The notes beneath the pieces were generated by a model. It had not been told where the DNA came from. It saw nothing but the letters and a program-made list of their open reading frames with translations, and did not search any database. Shown here in pieces: positions 36,323 to 46,587 of a stretch of 64,000 nt of DNA (within the stretch, counting starts at the first letter, position 1; each line of letters opens with the position of its first letter). The translations under genes were made by a program, and so were the position numbers. The stretch comes from an uncultured Eubacteriales bacterium (lineage in GTDB: Bacteria; Bacillota; Clostridia; Oscillospirales; Acutalibacteraceae), in contig CAKSQZ010000005.1 of the NCBI GenBank assembly GCA_934486895.1, positions 5,147 to 69,146 of the forward strand. Direction: 5' to 3'.

Positions 36323-36498
36323 GCAAGCGAAACTAAGAGGTGAAAAAATTTTTATAAGGACAGGTTGAAACAGATGTTGGAAAGGTTCGGTGTAAAGAAA
36401 TATGAACCCAACATTTTGAATATCACTTACGAAGACTAAACGATTTTGGAGTGGTGTAGAGATGAAAATATTAAGAGTTAAATTTCTCTTTGTAAAAT

Positions 36499-37908
36499 TT
36501 AATCATCAACCGCTTTTCTGAGAGCGTGAGTACGGCTGAGTTGTTTATTTAGCCGTTTGTGCGCCGGACGATAATATATCAGAGCAATGATCATCATAAG
36601 CGCGGTAACGCCGAGGCTGACGGGATATGCAGTCATTATTGCTGAGAAAGTGCAGATGTGCGGGAAAACCGCTTTTATCCAGACAATGCGAAGACCGCAG
36701 ACACCAACCGTTGCTATTATCGCAGGCACAAGTGAAATGCCGAATCCGCGAAGATATCCCGACATAACATCATAAAGCATTGTGAATGTGTATGATGCGA
36801 AGACAAATATAAGTCTTACATAACCGATTTCGATGACCTGCGAGTTGTTATTGAACACCGAAAGCAGGAACCTGCCCGTGGTCAGAACAAGCCCGACAGC
36901 CGCAGCGGTCGCGACAGCATCCTCGATCAGGCAGAGTACCAGTGTTTTACGGCAGCGATCGAGCTTGCCCGCACCGTAGTTTTGCCCGACAAAGGTCGTG
37001 CATGCCTGGCTGAACGAATTATGTACATAGTAGGCTATCGTTTCAATATTGGCAGCCGCACTCGACGCCGCCATGACAATTTTACCGAGACTGTTTATTG
37101 CAGACTGGATAACGATATTTGATACAGAAAACATCGCGGACTGAACACCGGCAGGAAAACCTATTTTCATTATTTTCTTAAAGCTGTGCTTATCTATGCG
37201 AAGCTTTCGCATATCGACATGAATAGCTTTATCGGTCGTTTTCAACCTTACAAACAGTATAGCCGCACTGACGATATTTGATATGACAGTAGCCACTGCA
37301 ACACCGTCTACCGTCATTTTGAAAACTATAACAAAAAACAGATTAAGAATAACATTTAAAACGCCCGACAGTGCTAAAGCAATGAGCGGCATTTTAGTAT
37401 CACCGACGCTTCGGAAAACAGCCGCTTCAAAGTTATACAGCAATATGACCGGCATGCCTAAAAGATAAATCCGCAAATAAACAAGTGCAAGAGGAAAAAC
37501 ATCATCCGGCACTCTAAGCGATCTTAGCGCTACATCTGCAACAATCTCGCCTAAAACCGCAACCGCAATGCCGCCGATGACCGCTGTTACGATAGCTGTG
37601 TGCACCGCTTTTTCGACCGCTTTTCTATCACCTCTGCCTATCGCATTCGCAATAACCACATTAGCACCGAGTGCTATTCCTATAAAAAGATTTAAAACGA
37701 GGTTGATAACAGAAGCATTTGCTCCGACCGCAGCAACCGCAGCGGTCTTATCGGACGACGCGAAGTTGCCGACAACCGCAACATCCGAAGCATTGAAAAG
37801 CTGTTCAAGTATTGCCGTCGCGGCGATAGGAAGTGCAAATTTAGGCAATTTGCTCCAGATAGGGCCGTTAAGCATATCGATTTTTTTATTCCCGGCCTTA
37901 GAACTCAT
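36499..37908 (-). CDS. MATE-family efflux transporter
   Basis: ~470 aa, 12-TM pattern, N-terminal ...LNGPIWSKLPKFALPIAATAILEQLFNASD typical of MATE. Confidence 0.9.
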   Translation of the reverse strand: MSSKAGNKKIDMLNGPIWSKLPKFALPIAATAILEQLFNASDVAVVGNFASSDKTAAVAAVGANASVINLVLNLFIGIALGANVVIANAIGRGDRKAVEKAVHTAIVTAVIGGIAVAVLGEIVADVALRSLRVPDDVFPLALVYLRIYLLGMPVILLYNFEAAVFRSVGDTKMPLIALALSGVLNVILNLFFVIVFKMTVDGVAVATVISNIVSAAILFVRLKTTDKAIHVDMRKLRIDKHSFKKIMKIGFPAGVQSAMFSVSNIVIQSAINSLGKIVMAASSAAANIETIAYYVHNSFSQACTTFVGQNYGAGKLDRCRKTLVLCLIEDAVATAAAVGLVLTTGRFLLSVFNNNSQVIEIGYVRLIFVFASYTFTMLYDVMSGYLRGFGISLVPAIIATVGVCGLRIVWIKAVFPHICTFSAIMTAYPVSLGVTALMMIIALIYYRPAHKRLNKQLSRTHALRKAVDD

Positions 37909-38103
37909 TTTCTAACCATCTTCTTTTCTTCAATTGATCTTACAACTCTAATTCATCGGCGATAAAACATCATATATTCATAGAAAACTAATAACCGCCT
38001 TGATTATAATATCACCTGAATCCTATTTGTCAAGAGGGATTTTGATGTTTTTATTTTATCAAAGAAAAGCCGCCGGCAAAATGCCGACGGCTTTAAACGA
38101 TGT

Positions 38104-38427
38104 TCAGAACAGTCTGTTTTCGGCGGGTTCAAAGAACACGCGGTTTTTCATGACAAATTCTCTTATGGCAGCAAGATAGTATATCGAGCCGACAACACCT
38201 ATCAAGCCGCCGAATATGAAATTATAAATCAATGTTATAATCGGCATTACAAGCGGTTCGATCCTTTTTATCACTTCGGACTGATCGGTGAGAACTGTTT
38301 TACTGTATGATATATCGCGGGCGGCAGATACTATGTTCAGTACACCGACAACGAGCAAAAACCAATTAAGCCACAATCCGAAAATGATCTGCAAAACGCC
38401 GATTATTATCCAGATTATGCCGTTCAC
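38104..38427 (-). CDS. Small hypothetical membrane protein (3-4 TM helices)
   Basis: ORF track plus hydrophobicity. Flanked by terminator hairpins. Confidence 0.5.
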   Translation of the reverse strand: MNGIIWIIIGVLQIIFGLWLNWFLLVVGVLNIVSAARDISYSKTVLTDQSEVIKRIEPLVMPIITLIYNFIFGGLIGVVGSIYYLAAIREFVMKNRVFFEPAENRLF

Positions 38428-38547
38428 ATTCAGCCTTTGCGACAGCGTTTCTATAACTGCCGCGCGCTGAAGCCGAAAAAGATGATCGATCGTTATCGCA
38501 GTATATCAATTTGATTTTAAAAGATCATCTTAAAAAGATCGAACAGT

Positions 38548-38582
38548 AAAAGAGCAATGGCAAACAGCCATTGCTCTTTTGT
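38548..38582. terminator. Bidirectional terminator hairpin
   Basis: AAAAGAGCAATGGC/GCCATTGCTCTTTT perfect stem. Confidence 0.75.
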
Positions 38583-39362
38583 TTATACAGACAAAATATT
38601 CACAGCATTTTTATATGCTATCAGGTCTTTTTCATCATCTGTCAGAGGCAGGCGCGAGAATATTTCCACCTGTGTTTTCGGATCCCAAAGCGGAAAATCC
38701 GTGCCGAACAAAACCCGCTCGGCACCGTAACGCCGAATATAGCTGACAAGCGTTTTTTCATCGAGCGGCGGACAACAGCTAGACATATCGACAAAGCACC
38801 GCTCGCCCGACAGCGTTTCGACTGCCTCGGAAAAACACGACCAGCCGCCGAGATGGGCGGCGATAACAGTCAGTTTCGGAAACTCACGGATGATACGCTT
38901 TATCTTATCGGGACTTGAATTTTTGAGAGTTATATCTCCGCAGTGGATGAGCACGGGATATTTACCCGAAATCGCATCGTACACGGGAAAAAGCCGAGGA
39001 TCATCGGCATCGAAGCCCTGAGTGTCGGGGTGGAACTTCAAACCCTTGAGTCCGAGCACGCTAAAACGCTCAAGCTCTGCTAAAGGGTCGCTCATTTCGG
39101 CATGGAGCGTACCGAAGCCGATAAACTCGCTGTGGTCTGCAACCGCGTGCGATGTGAAATCGTTTACACTATGTACAAGCGACGGGCGCACAGCGACCGG
39201 CAGAAGCACGAATTTATCGATCCCTGCCGATCTGCCCTCGCGCAGGAGCGACTCGGCTGTTCCGCTGAGATCGGTGCTCAGTCCGTAGAACTCGCATATA
39301 CTGTCGGTCGCTTTCTGCGCTATTGCGTCGGGATAGATATGGGTGTGAAAATCGATTATCAT
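38583..39362 (-). CDS. Amidohydrolase-family (TIM-barrel metal-dependent hydrolase) protein
   Basis: N-terminal IIDFHTHIYP and later HxGG motifs. Confidence 0.8.
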   Translation of the reverse strand: MIIDFHTHIYPDAIAQKATDSICEFYGLSTDLSGTAESLLREGRSAGIDKFVLLPVAVRPSLVHSVNDFTSHAVADHSEFIGFGTLHAEMSDPLAELERFSVLGLKGLKFHPDTQGFDADDPRLFPVYDAISGKYPVLIHCGDITLKNSSPDKIKRIIREFPKLTVIAAHLGGWSCFSEAVETLSGERCFVDMSSCCPPLDEKTLVSYIRRYGAERVLFGTDFPLWDPKTQVEIFSRLPLTDDEKDLIAYKNAVNILSV

Positions 39363-39368
39363 TTTGCT

Positions 39369-41870
39369 TTACAGCACCTTATAGCCCTGCTCTTCTACTG
39401 CCGATTTAAGAACAGCGTCCGATACATCCTTTTCGAGTGTAACAACGGCTGTGCCTTTTTCATGGCTTACATCCGCCGATGAAACGCCGTCGATCGCTTC
39501 GAGAGTCTGCTTTACTCTTGCTTCGCAGTGGCCGCACATCATGCCTTCGATATTAAGTGTTTTTTCCATAAGTTTTTTCTCCTTTTTTGAATGGTGTTTT
39601 ATTTTTCGGTCGTGACGGGACGAATGCAGCTTAAATAAGTTGAGCCGCAATGCGTTTGTCACCACGCAAAAGCTGGATAAGCTCATAGCGGCGGCACCGA
39701 ACATGGGACTCATCTGCCAGCCGAGCAGATGAATCCACGCGCCTGCCGCAAGCGGTATGCCGATGACATTATAGATAAACGCCCAGAAGAGGTTTTCACG
39801 GATATTGCGGAGCGTTGCGCGGCTGAGCCTTATTGCCGCAGGAACATCGGAAAGGCTGCTGTTCATCAGAACGACATCTGCGGAATCTATTGCTATATCC
39901 GTGCCCGCTCCTATTGCAATGCCTGTGTCTGCCCGTGTGAGCGCCGGAGCGTCGTTGATACCGTCGCCCACCATGGCGACTCTGCCCTGCTTTGAAAGCT
40001 CTTTTATAACGCTTTCTTTACCGTCGGGCAGTACGCCTGCCACGACTTCGTCTACCCCTGCCTGCTTGCCTATGGCATTGGCGGTGCGTTCATTGTCGCC
40101 TGTGAGCATAACGACCTTGATACCCATGTTTTTAAGCTCCGATATTGCTTTCGGGCTATCGGGCTTTATTACATCGGCGACAACGATCATACCGAGATAG
40201 ACGTTGTCTTTGCTGAAGAAAAGCGGTGTTTTGCCCTGCTCGGACAATTCGTCGGCCGTTTTGAGCGCATTATCCGGGATTTGTGCCGACTCGCTTATAA
40301 ACCTGCGGTTACCGCCCGAGATTTTTATACCGGAAAGTTCGGCATAAAGTCCGCCGCCGCTGACCGCCTTAAAACCGCTGACTTCTGCCGCCGTTATACC
40401 GTCTTGCTCGGCATAGCCGACTATTGCGGCGGCAAGCGGGTGCTCGCTCTTTTTCTCGAGTGAATACGCCGCTTTGAGAAGCTCGTTTTCGGCGATGTTT
40501 TCAGCAGGGATAATATCTGTCACCTGCGGCTCGCCTTTGGTAATCGTGCCTGTTTTATCAAGCGCGACCGCTGTGACTTTGCCTGTTATTTCGAGCGACT
40601 GTGCGGTTTTGAAAAGTATGCCGTTTTTAGCACCGACTCCGTTGCCTACCATTATCGCAACGGGGGTTGCGAGGCCCAACGCACACGGACAGCTTATGAC
40701 GAGCACTGAAATGCCCCTTGCGAGTGCGAACGCCGATGTCTCGCCGACAAGCAGCCATATAATAGTTGTTATAACGGCGATAACGATGACCGCAGGCACG
40801 AAAACGCCCGACACTTTATCTGCGATACGCGCGATAGGCGCTTTTGTTGCCGCAGCATCGCTTACCATTTTGATTATCTGAGAAAGGGCGGTGTCTTCTC
40901 CTACTCTTGTTGCCTCGCACTTTAAAAAGCCCGATTGATTGACTGTTGCTGCCGATACCGACGAGCCGACTGTTTTATCGGCAGGAACGCTCTCACCTGT
41001 AAGCGCGGATTCGTTGACTGCACTTTCACCTTCAATTACAACGCCGTCTACCGGTATGCTCTCGCCCGGGCGGACTGCAAAGATATCGCCTTTTTTAACA
41101 TCGGCGGCGGGAATGACGGTTTCTTTACCGTCCTTGATAACGCAGGCCGTTTTCGGAGTCAGACTGATAAGGTTTTTCAGAGCATTGGTGGTTTTGCCTT
41201 TTGATCCGGCTTCGAGCATTTTGCCGACTGTTATAAGAGTCAGGATCATTGCGGCAGACTCGAAGTAAAATTCATGCATATATGTCATGACGGCGGCATG
41301 GTCGCCATTGGTCACAGCACCTGTCATAGCGAACAGTGCGTAGGTGCTGTACACAAATGCGGCAGATGCGCCGAGTGCGACTAAAGTATCCATATTCGGT
41401 GACAGATGAACGGCGCTTTTGAAGCCGCTCACAAAGAAATTGCGGTTTATTATCATGACGACAATGGTGAGCAGCAGCTGAACAAGCCCCATTGCGACAT
41501 GGTTGCCGTCGAAAAAGGACGGGAGAGGCCAGTCCCACATCATGTGTCCCATTGAAAAATACATCAAAACAAGCGTCACGACTACCGACAAAACAAGTCT
41601 GCGGCGAAGCTTCGGTGTCTCTTTATCCTCAAGCTGATCGGCGCTTTCGGATCTCTTTTGATCTGCTCCTTTTTCAGAAGCGCCGTAGCCCGCTTTTTCG
41701 ACCGCACTTATTATATCTGCAGCCAAAGCACTGCCCTCGACACCCATTGAATTTGTGAGCAGACTGACCGAACAAGAAGTCACACCGCTGACTTTCAGCA
41801 CCGCTTTTTCCACTCTTGCGGCGCAGGCGGCACAGGTCATACCGCTGACATTATACTGCTTCATACCCAC
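39369..41870 (-). CDS. copA: Copper-translocating P1B-type ATPase with an N-terminal HMA domain and an in-frame C-terminal CopZ-like HMA domain
   Basis: [23 protein letters not shown], plus C-terminal [19 protein letters not shown]... An internal AAGGAG-N9-ATG sits at 39569. Confidence 0.9.
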   Translation of the reverse strand: MGMKQYNVSGMTCAACAARVEKAVLKVSGVTSCSVSLLTNSMGVEGSALAADIISAVEKAGYGASEKGADQKRSESADQLEDKETPKLRRRLVLSVVVTLVLMYFSMGHMMWDWPLPSFFDGNHVAMGLVQLLLTIVVMIINRNFFVSGFKSAVHLSPNMDTLVALGASAAFVYSTYALFAMTGAVTNGDHAAVMTYMHEFYFESAAMILTLITVGKMLEAGSKGKTTNALKNLISLTPKTACVIKDGKETVIPAADVKKGDIFAVRPGESIPVDGVVIEGESAVNESALTGESVPADKTVGSSVSAATVNQSGFLKCEATRVGEDTALSQIIKMVSDAAATKAPIARIADKVSGVFVPAVIVIAVITTIIWLLVGETSAFALARGISVLVISCPCALGLATPVAIMVGNGVGAKNGILFKTAQSLEITGKVTAVALDKTGTITKGEPQVTDIIPAENIAENELLKAAYSLEKKSEHPLAAAIVGYAEQDGITAAEVSGFKAVSGGGLYAELSGIKISGGNRRFISESAQIPDNALKTADELSEQGKTPLFFSKDNVYLGMIVVADVIKPDSPKAISELKNMGIKVVMLTGDNERTANAIGKQAGVDEVVAGVLPDGKESVIKELSKQGRVAMVGDGINDAPALTRADTGIAIGAGTDIAIDSADVVLMNSSLSDVPAAIRLSRATLRNIRENLFWAFIYNVIGIPLAAGAWIHLLGWQMSPMFGAAAMSLSSFCVVTNALRLNLFKLHSSRHDRKIKHHSKKEKKLMEKTLNIEGMMCGHCEARVKQTLEAIDGVSSADVSHEKGTAVVTLEKDVSDAVLKSAVEEQGYKVL

Positions 41871-41876
41871 TCTCCT

Positions 41877-42170
41877 TTATTTCATAAGTTTTTGAAGAAC
41901 CGATACAAGTTCATCGATAGTTTCATCTTTCCCGTTGCGGATATCCTTTGCAACACAGGTTTTTATATGGTTTGCGAGCAGTTCCTTTGTGAACGCATTG
42001 AGAGCCGCATTTGCCGCACTGACCTGCACTAAAATATCGGTGCAGTATGCGCTTTTTTCGACCATGCCCTTAATGCCTCTGATCTGCCCTTCTATACGGT
42101 TTAAGCGGCTTATAAGCGCTTTATACTCCGCTTGTGACCGCTCTTTTGTTTTATGACATTCGCACTGCAT
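41877..42170 (-). CDS. csoR: CsoR-family copper-sensing repressor
   Basis: RLNRIEGQIRGIKGMV...YCTDILVQ motif set. Start set at MQCECHK after GGGGGA. Confidence 0.85.
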   Translation of the reverse strand: MQCECHKTKERSQAEYKALISRLNRIEGQIRGIKGMVEKSAYCTDILVQVSAANAALNAFTKELLANHIKTCVAKDIRNGKDETIDELVSVLQKLMK

Positions 42171-42204
42171 TATTATCCCCCGTTCAGGTTTGTATATTAT
42201 TATA

Positions 42205-42225
42205 ATATACCCCTGTGGGGTATAT
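42205..42225. promoter_or_regulatory. CsoR-type operator ATATACCCC-TGT-GGGGTATAT overlapping the csoR-copA promoter
   Basis: Perfect 9-bp inverted arms of the GC-tract type known for CsoR operators. Overlaps TATAAT (42201-42206, plus-strand reading). Confidence 0.7.
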
Positions 42226-42249
42226 GTCAAGCGAATTTTTTCAAAAACA

Positions 42250-42279
42250 AAAAAGCCATTCAAGATGAATGGCTTTTTT
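42250..42279. terminator. Bidirectional terminator
   Basis: GCCATTC/GAATGGC stem flanked by A- and T-runs. Confidence 0.75.
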
Positions 42280-42281
42280 GT

Positions 42282-43049
42282 TTACTTATAGTATCTCACA
42301 TAGTCTATGTAATACTTCTGGGGGAATACCGTTGTTTCATCAGGCTCACCCGGCCACCAGCCGCCGATCGCAAGGTTGAGCAAGCAATAATGCGGTTTGT
42401 GGAAGCACTCGATTTCGGAAATGTCGAGCTTATTATAAACCACATCGTCCATATAGGCCTTGATGCAGTTCTCATCCCACTCGATGCCGAACACATGAAA
42501 ATCATCGCAGTAGTCACCTTCTCTGAGCTCAACAGCACGCTGAAGTGCGGGTGTTTCGTTAGGATAATGAATAGTTGCCTGAACAACATTATTGCCCATG
42601 TGATCGTTGAACGGGCAGGTCGCAAAGGTAGTATTTGTGCCGCCGACCGCCTCCATAATGTCAATCTCACCACACTCGGGCCACGGAACTCCGGGTTCGT
42701 TGGGATCGGGATCGCCCCAATGGTTGTCGCCGATCGTCCAGAACGCAGGCCATGTTCCCTTGCCGTAGGGCAGTTTTGCGCGCATTTCAAGTCTTCCGTA
42801 GAGGAAAGTCTGCTTATGCTTTGTGTTTACACTTGCGGAGGTGTACGGTCTGTCCGGGTCGTTTGTTTTCTTGGCCTCAATTACAAGACAGCCGTTCTCA
42901 AGGTAGGAATTCTCCTTGGAATCGCTGTAATACTGAAGCTCGTTGTTTCGGATATAGCCGATTTCATGCGACCAGACATCGCGGTTGAGTTCCTTGCCGT
43001 CGAACTCGTCGCTCCAGACAAGAGTGTTATACTTACTCATTTTGTTCAT
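42282..43049 (-). CDS. Glycoside hydrolase family 16 (beta-1,3(-1,4)-glucanase type), no signal peptide seen
   Basis: Catalytic motif GEIDIMEAVGG and N-terminal LVWSDEFDG. Confidence 0.85.
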   Translation of the reverse strand: MNKMSKYNTLVWSDEFDGKELNRDVWSHEIGYIRNNELQYYSDSKENSYLENGCLVIEAKKTNDPDRPYTSASVNTKHKQTFLYGRLEMRAKLPYGKGTWPAFWTIGDNHWGDPDPNEPGVPWPECGEIDIMEAVGGTNTTFATCPFNDHMGNNVVQATIHYPNETPALQRAVELREGDYCDDFHVFGIEWDENCIKAYMDDVVYNKLDISEIECFHKPHYCLLNLAIGGWWPGEPDETTVFPQKYYIDYVRYYK

Positions 43050-43063
43050 CCTTTCAAATGGGT

Positions 43064-44383
43064 TTACTTTCTGAAAAATTCGTTGTAGATAGCTTTCATG
43101 GCGTCCTCAAAAGTGTTTTCGGCGACGCCTATGATAATGCTGATCTCACTTGAGCCCTGGTCAATCATGCGAAGATTGATATTCTCCTCGGCAACCGCTT
43201 TGAACACTCTCGCCGCTGTTCCTGCCGCACGGATCATACCTCTGCCGACAACGGCGATAACGGCGACATCATGATCAATGCTGACATGGTTTGCCTTAAC
43301 ACCTTCGGATATGGCTTTCTCGATCTCTTTTTCACGACCGAGCACCTGCGACTGATCGACAACAATAGAAACAGTGTCGATACCGCTCGGGATATGCTCA
43401 ATAGAAATATTAAGCTCTTCGATGACCTCAAGCAATTTTCGGATAAAACCGACTTCACCGTTCATCATAGCCTTTTCGACATTGATTATCGAAAATCCTT
43501 TTTTGCCTGCGATACCTGTTACATGGTGGCTGGCTTTAGCACCCGATGCGTCCTTAACGATCATTGTGCCGGGATTGGTCATATCATTCGTGTTGCGGAT
43601 ATTTATCGGAATACCGACCTGCGACACGGGAAAAATAGCATCCTCATGAAGCACTGTTGCGCCCATATACGAAAGCTCTCTAAGCTCCTTATAGGTTATC
43701 TCTCTGATGCCCTCCGGTTCGTGAACTATTCTCGGATCGGCGACAAGAAAACCGTTGACATCTGTCCAGTTTTCATAAAGATCTGCGCCGACCGCTCTTG
43801 CAACGAGCGAGCCGGTTATATCCGAGCCGCCGCGGGAGAAAGTCTTAATGGTGTCGTTAGGCATTTTGCCGTAGAATCCCGGGATAACGCCTGTTTTATG
43901 GTGCGACAGATGCTCGGCTGTTTTCTCGATCGTAAATTCGAGATTAAAGCTGCCGTTTTCATTAAAGCGGACGCACTTTGCGGCATCCACAAAGTCATAG
44001 TCGAGGTAGTTTGCAAGGATAATTCCGTTGAGATACTCGCCTCTTGAAGCAGCGTAGTCTCTGCCGGCGGCGTTTTCAAATGCGGAACGAATCTTGCGAA
44101 ATTCATCGGAAAGGTCGAGAGAGAGCCCGAGCTCTTCGATTATATCGGTGAAACGCTTTTTGATAGCTTCAAACTTTGTGTCGAACTCCATGCCTTCGCT
44201 CGCGAGCTCATAACATTCATAGAGCATATCGGTGACTTTGGTGTCGTCGCTAAAACGCTTGCCAGGCGCACTCGGAATTACATATCTGCGATCGGGATCC
44301 GCCTTGACTATTGCACCTACCTTGCGAAAATGCTCGGCATCCGCAAGCGAGCTTCCGCCGAATTTGACTATCTTCAGTGACAT
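43064..44383 (-). CDS. Aspartate kinase
   Basis: IVKFGGSSL start motif and C-terminal ACT repeats. Start set at MSLKIVKFGG after GGAG. Confidence 0.9.
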   Translation of the reverse strand: MSLKIVKFGGSSLADAEHFRKVGAIVKADPDRRYVIPSAPGKRFSDDTKVTDMLYECYELASEGMEFDTKFEAIKKRFTDIIEELGLSLDLSDEFRKIRSAFENAAGRDYAASRGEYLNGIILANYLDYDFVDAAKCVRFNENGSFNLEFTIEKTAEHLSHHKTGVIPGFYGKMPNDTIKTFSRGGSDITGSLVARAVGADLYENWTDVNGFLVADPRIVHEPEGIREITYKELRELSYMGATVLHEDAIFPVSQVGIPINIRNTNDMTNPGTMIVKDASGAKASHHVTGIAGKKGFSIINVEKAMMNGEVGFIRKLLEVIEELNISIEHIPSGIDTVSIVVDQSQVLGREKEIEKAISEGVKANHVSIDHDVAVIAVVGRGMIRAAGTAARVFKAVAEENINLRMIDQGSSEISIIIGVAENTFEDAMKAIYNEFFRK

Positions 44384-44451
44384 TGCTTTTACTCCTTCAT
44401 ACAAACTCTTATAATTTTTAAATTAACGCGATATTCTGCCGAAAATCGGAT

Positions 44452-45684
44452 TTATATATCGCTTAAAACCCTGATCTTTGCCAGGACATCAGAGCCAAAG
44501 CTGCTGAGCTTTTTGTCGATCGAGCTTTCCTGTTCGGGTTCGGTTATAAACGCGTATTCATTCTCTGCGCCCGCTCTTTCGAGCTTGCGGACACTGCCGA
44601 ACAGTTCCTTAACTTTTTCTTCGGTGTTTTCATCGGCTTTCAGGCGAACATACATCTGAGCACTGCACTCCGAGATCGGCTTGACATAGTTATCGTCGCA
44701 GCAATCGTCCCATGTTATGAGTCTGCGAGCTTTCAGGTGCTTCGCACAGTCTATAACATCGGCGACGACGGCGCTCGCCGTGGGCAGCTTGCCTGCGCCT
44801 CTGCCGTAGAACACTGCATCTCCGACAGCGTCTCCGCGAACCAAGACAGCGTTAAACACATCATCGACAGTGGAAAGCTGGCTTTCATGAGGAACAAATG
44901 CGGGATAGACAGCGGCGGTTATTCTGCCGTCGTCACATCTGACGGATCTGCCGATAAGCTTGATAACACAGTCTGCACTTGCGGCGTAATCGACATCTTC
45001 GAGAGTGATCTCGGTTATACCCTCGGTATAGACCCATTTGGGATAGACATGCTTGCCGAATGCAAGTGACGCCAAAATACAGATCTTTCGACAAGCGTCC
45101 GCTCCGCCGACATCGGCAGAAGGGTCACGCTCGGCGTATCCGAGCTGCTGAGCTGTTTTCAAAGCATCGTCAAAAGAGGTCTGCTCCTTTATCATTTTAG
45201 TGAGGATATAGTTTGTGGTGCCGTTTAAGATACCGTCTATCTCGATTATATCATTTGCGCTGAGGCACTGATAGAGCGGACGGATTATCGGGATACCGCC
45301 GCCGACGCTGGCTTCAAACAGGAAGTTCGCTCCGTTTTCCTCGGCGATCTTCAACAGCTCCGCACCGTGAGTTGCAACAAGCTCTTTATTTGAGGTTGCA
45401 ACACTCTTACCTTTAGAAAGGCACTGCTTAACAAAATCGTATGCTGCTCCGACTCCGCCCATGACTTCAACAACGACTTTTATTTCATCGTCATTGATTA
45501 TATCGGAAAAATCCTTTGTGAAAAGATCCGAATAAGGCAGATCGGGAAAATCTCTTAAATCGAGGATATATTTAAGCTCAAGCTCATCGCCGACCTTTTT
45601 TTCAAACGCTTTTTTGTGCTTGAAAAAAACCTCGGCAACGCCGGAACCTACGACTCCGTGCCCCATTAAAGCTATTTTTATCAT
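44452..45684 (-). CDS. hom: Homoserine dehydrogenase
   Basis: N-terminal GHGVVGSGV Rossmann motif, central NGTTNYIL, C-terminal ACT. Confidence 0.9.
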   Translation of the reverse strand: MIKIALMGHGVVGSGVAEVFFKHKKAFEKKVGDELELKYILDLRDFPDLPYSDLFTKDFSDIINDDEIKVVVEVMGGVGAAYDFVKQCLSKGKSVATSNKELVATHGAELLKIAEENGANFLFEASVGGGIPIIRPLYQCLSANDIIEIDGILNGTTNYILTKMIKEQTSFDDALKTAQQLGYAERDPSADVGGADACRKICILASLAFGKHVYPKWVYTEGITEITLEDVDYAASADCVIKLIGRSVRCDDGRITAAVYPAFVPHESQLSTVDDVFNAVLVRGDAVGDAVFYGRGAGKLPTASAVVADVIDCAKHLKARRLITWDDCCDDNYVKPISECSAQMYVRLKADENTEEKVKELFGSVRKLERAGAENEYAFITEPEQESSIDKKLSSFGSDVLAKIRVLSDI

Positions 45685-45719
45685 TTGTGATCAATTCCTT
45701 TCTTCTGTTACACTTAAAA

Positions 45720-46157
45720 TCAATCGCCTGTTACGCGTTCGATAGACGAAACGCCTTCGAGCTCGGAGAGTGCCGCGATTATCTCGGACACGCTTTTATT
45801 CATTCCGTCCGCCCGAAACGACACCGAAACCTTTGCCGCTCCGCTGATCGGAATATTTTGATTAACGGTTAGGATGTTTGCGCCGCTTTCATAAAGCACC
45901 GACATGAATTTTGATAAAATCCCCTTTTTATCATCGAGCGAAGCATGGATAGCGATTATCCTGCCTGCCGACTCGGTGTATTCAAAAACGCTGTCGCGAT
46001 ACTTATAAAAAGCGGAACGGGAAAGCCCTGCCGCACTGCAAGCCGAGCCTACCGACGGTGCTCTGCCCGACGATATCAGCTTTTTTGCATAGACAACCTT
46101 TGAAAAAGTCTCCGGCAATGCGCTTTTGGCGACTATAAGCAGATCATCGTTTTTCAT
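45720..46157 (-). CDS. ACT-domain protein (UPF0735/PheB-like)
   Basis: ~145 aa with an N-terminal HTH-like part and a C-terminal ACT pattern. First gene of the hom/aspartate kinase operon. Confidence 0.8.
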   Translation of the reverse strand: MKNDDLLIVAKSALPETFSKVVYAKKLISSGRAPSVGSACSAAGLSRSAFYKYRDSVFEYTESAGRIIAIHASLDDKKGILSKFMSVLYESGANILTVNQNIPISGAAKVSVSFRADGMNKSVSEIIAALSELEGVSSIERVTGD

Positions 46158-46211
46158 GCGATCGCCTCCTTTTGTCCGTGCTGTGCGTACTGATGTTTTC
46201 GCACAAAATAC

Positions 46212-46240
46212 ACTATAGCAGATTTTACGCAGTTTTTCAA
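46212..46240 (-). promoter_or_regulatory. Promoter TTGAAA-17-TATAGT for the ACT-hom-aspartate kinase operon
   Basis: rc of 46235-46240 is TTGAAA, rc of 46212-46217 is TATAGT. Confidence 0.6.
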
Positions 46241-46497
46241 GTGTTATTTTAAAATTTACTCAAAAAAATATTCACGGATTTTAAACTGTTTTTTTAATGA
46301 TACTTAAAATCGGGTTCACACGTGCTTAATAATTATATTGTATTATATAATTGCAATAAGAAAAGAACACAAAACACCTTTATATATTGCATTCGCTGTC
46401 GAGCTTTCGGACAGGCTGATGCCTGCCGGTCGGTAAGACAGACTACAGACTCCGAAATGGACAATTTCGTTTCATATATTTCTTCCTTCTTTTCACG

Positions 46498-46537
46498 CGA
46501 AAACGGGCGGCTGAGATAACCGCCCGTTTTCGTTTTG
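46498..46537 (+). terminator. Strong hairpin with a plus-strand T-run and no assigned plus-strand gene
   Basis: CGAAAACGGGCGG/CCGCCCGTTTTCG stem followed by TTTTCGTTTT. Confidence 0.45.
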
Positions 46538-46540
46538 CAT

Positions 46541-46572
46541 AAAAAAGCCGCAGGCAAAATTTTGCCCGCGGC
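46541..46572 (-). terminator. Rho-independent terminator of tsf
   Basis: The minus strand reads GCCGCGGGCAAA/TTTGCCTGCGGC followed by TTTTTT. Confidence 0.75.
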
Positions 46573-46587
46573 CGAAAGATTTGAAGC

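Noticed and set aside
36373-36416. Long imperfect hairpin ATGTTGG...GGTTC / GAACC...CCAACAT downstream of the MATE gene, and two tiny ORFs (36374-36436 and 36462-36521)
   Set aside because: The hairpin lacks a T-run and is probably just a weak terminator. The mini-ORFs have poor RBSs, and one overlaps the MATE 3' end.
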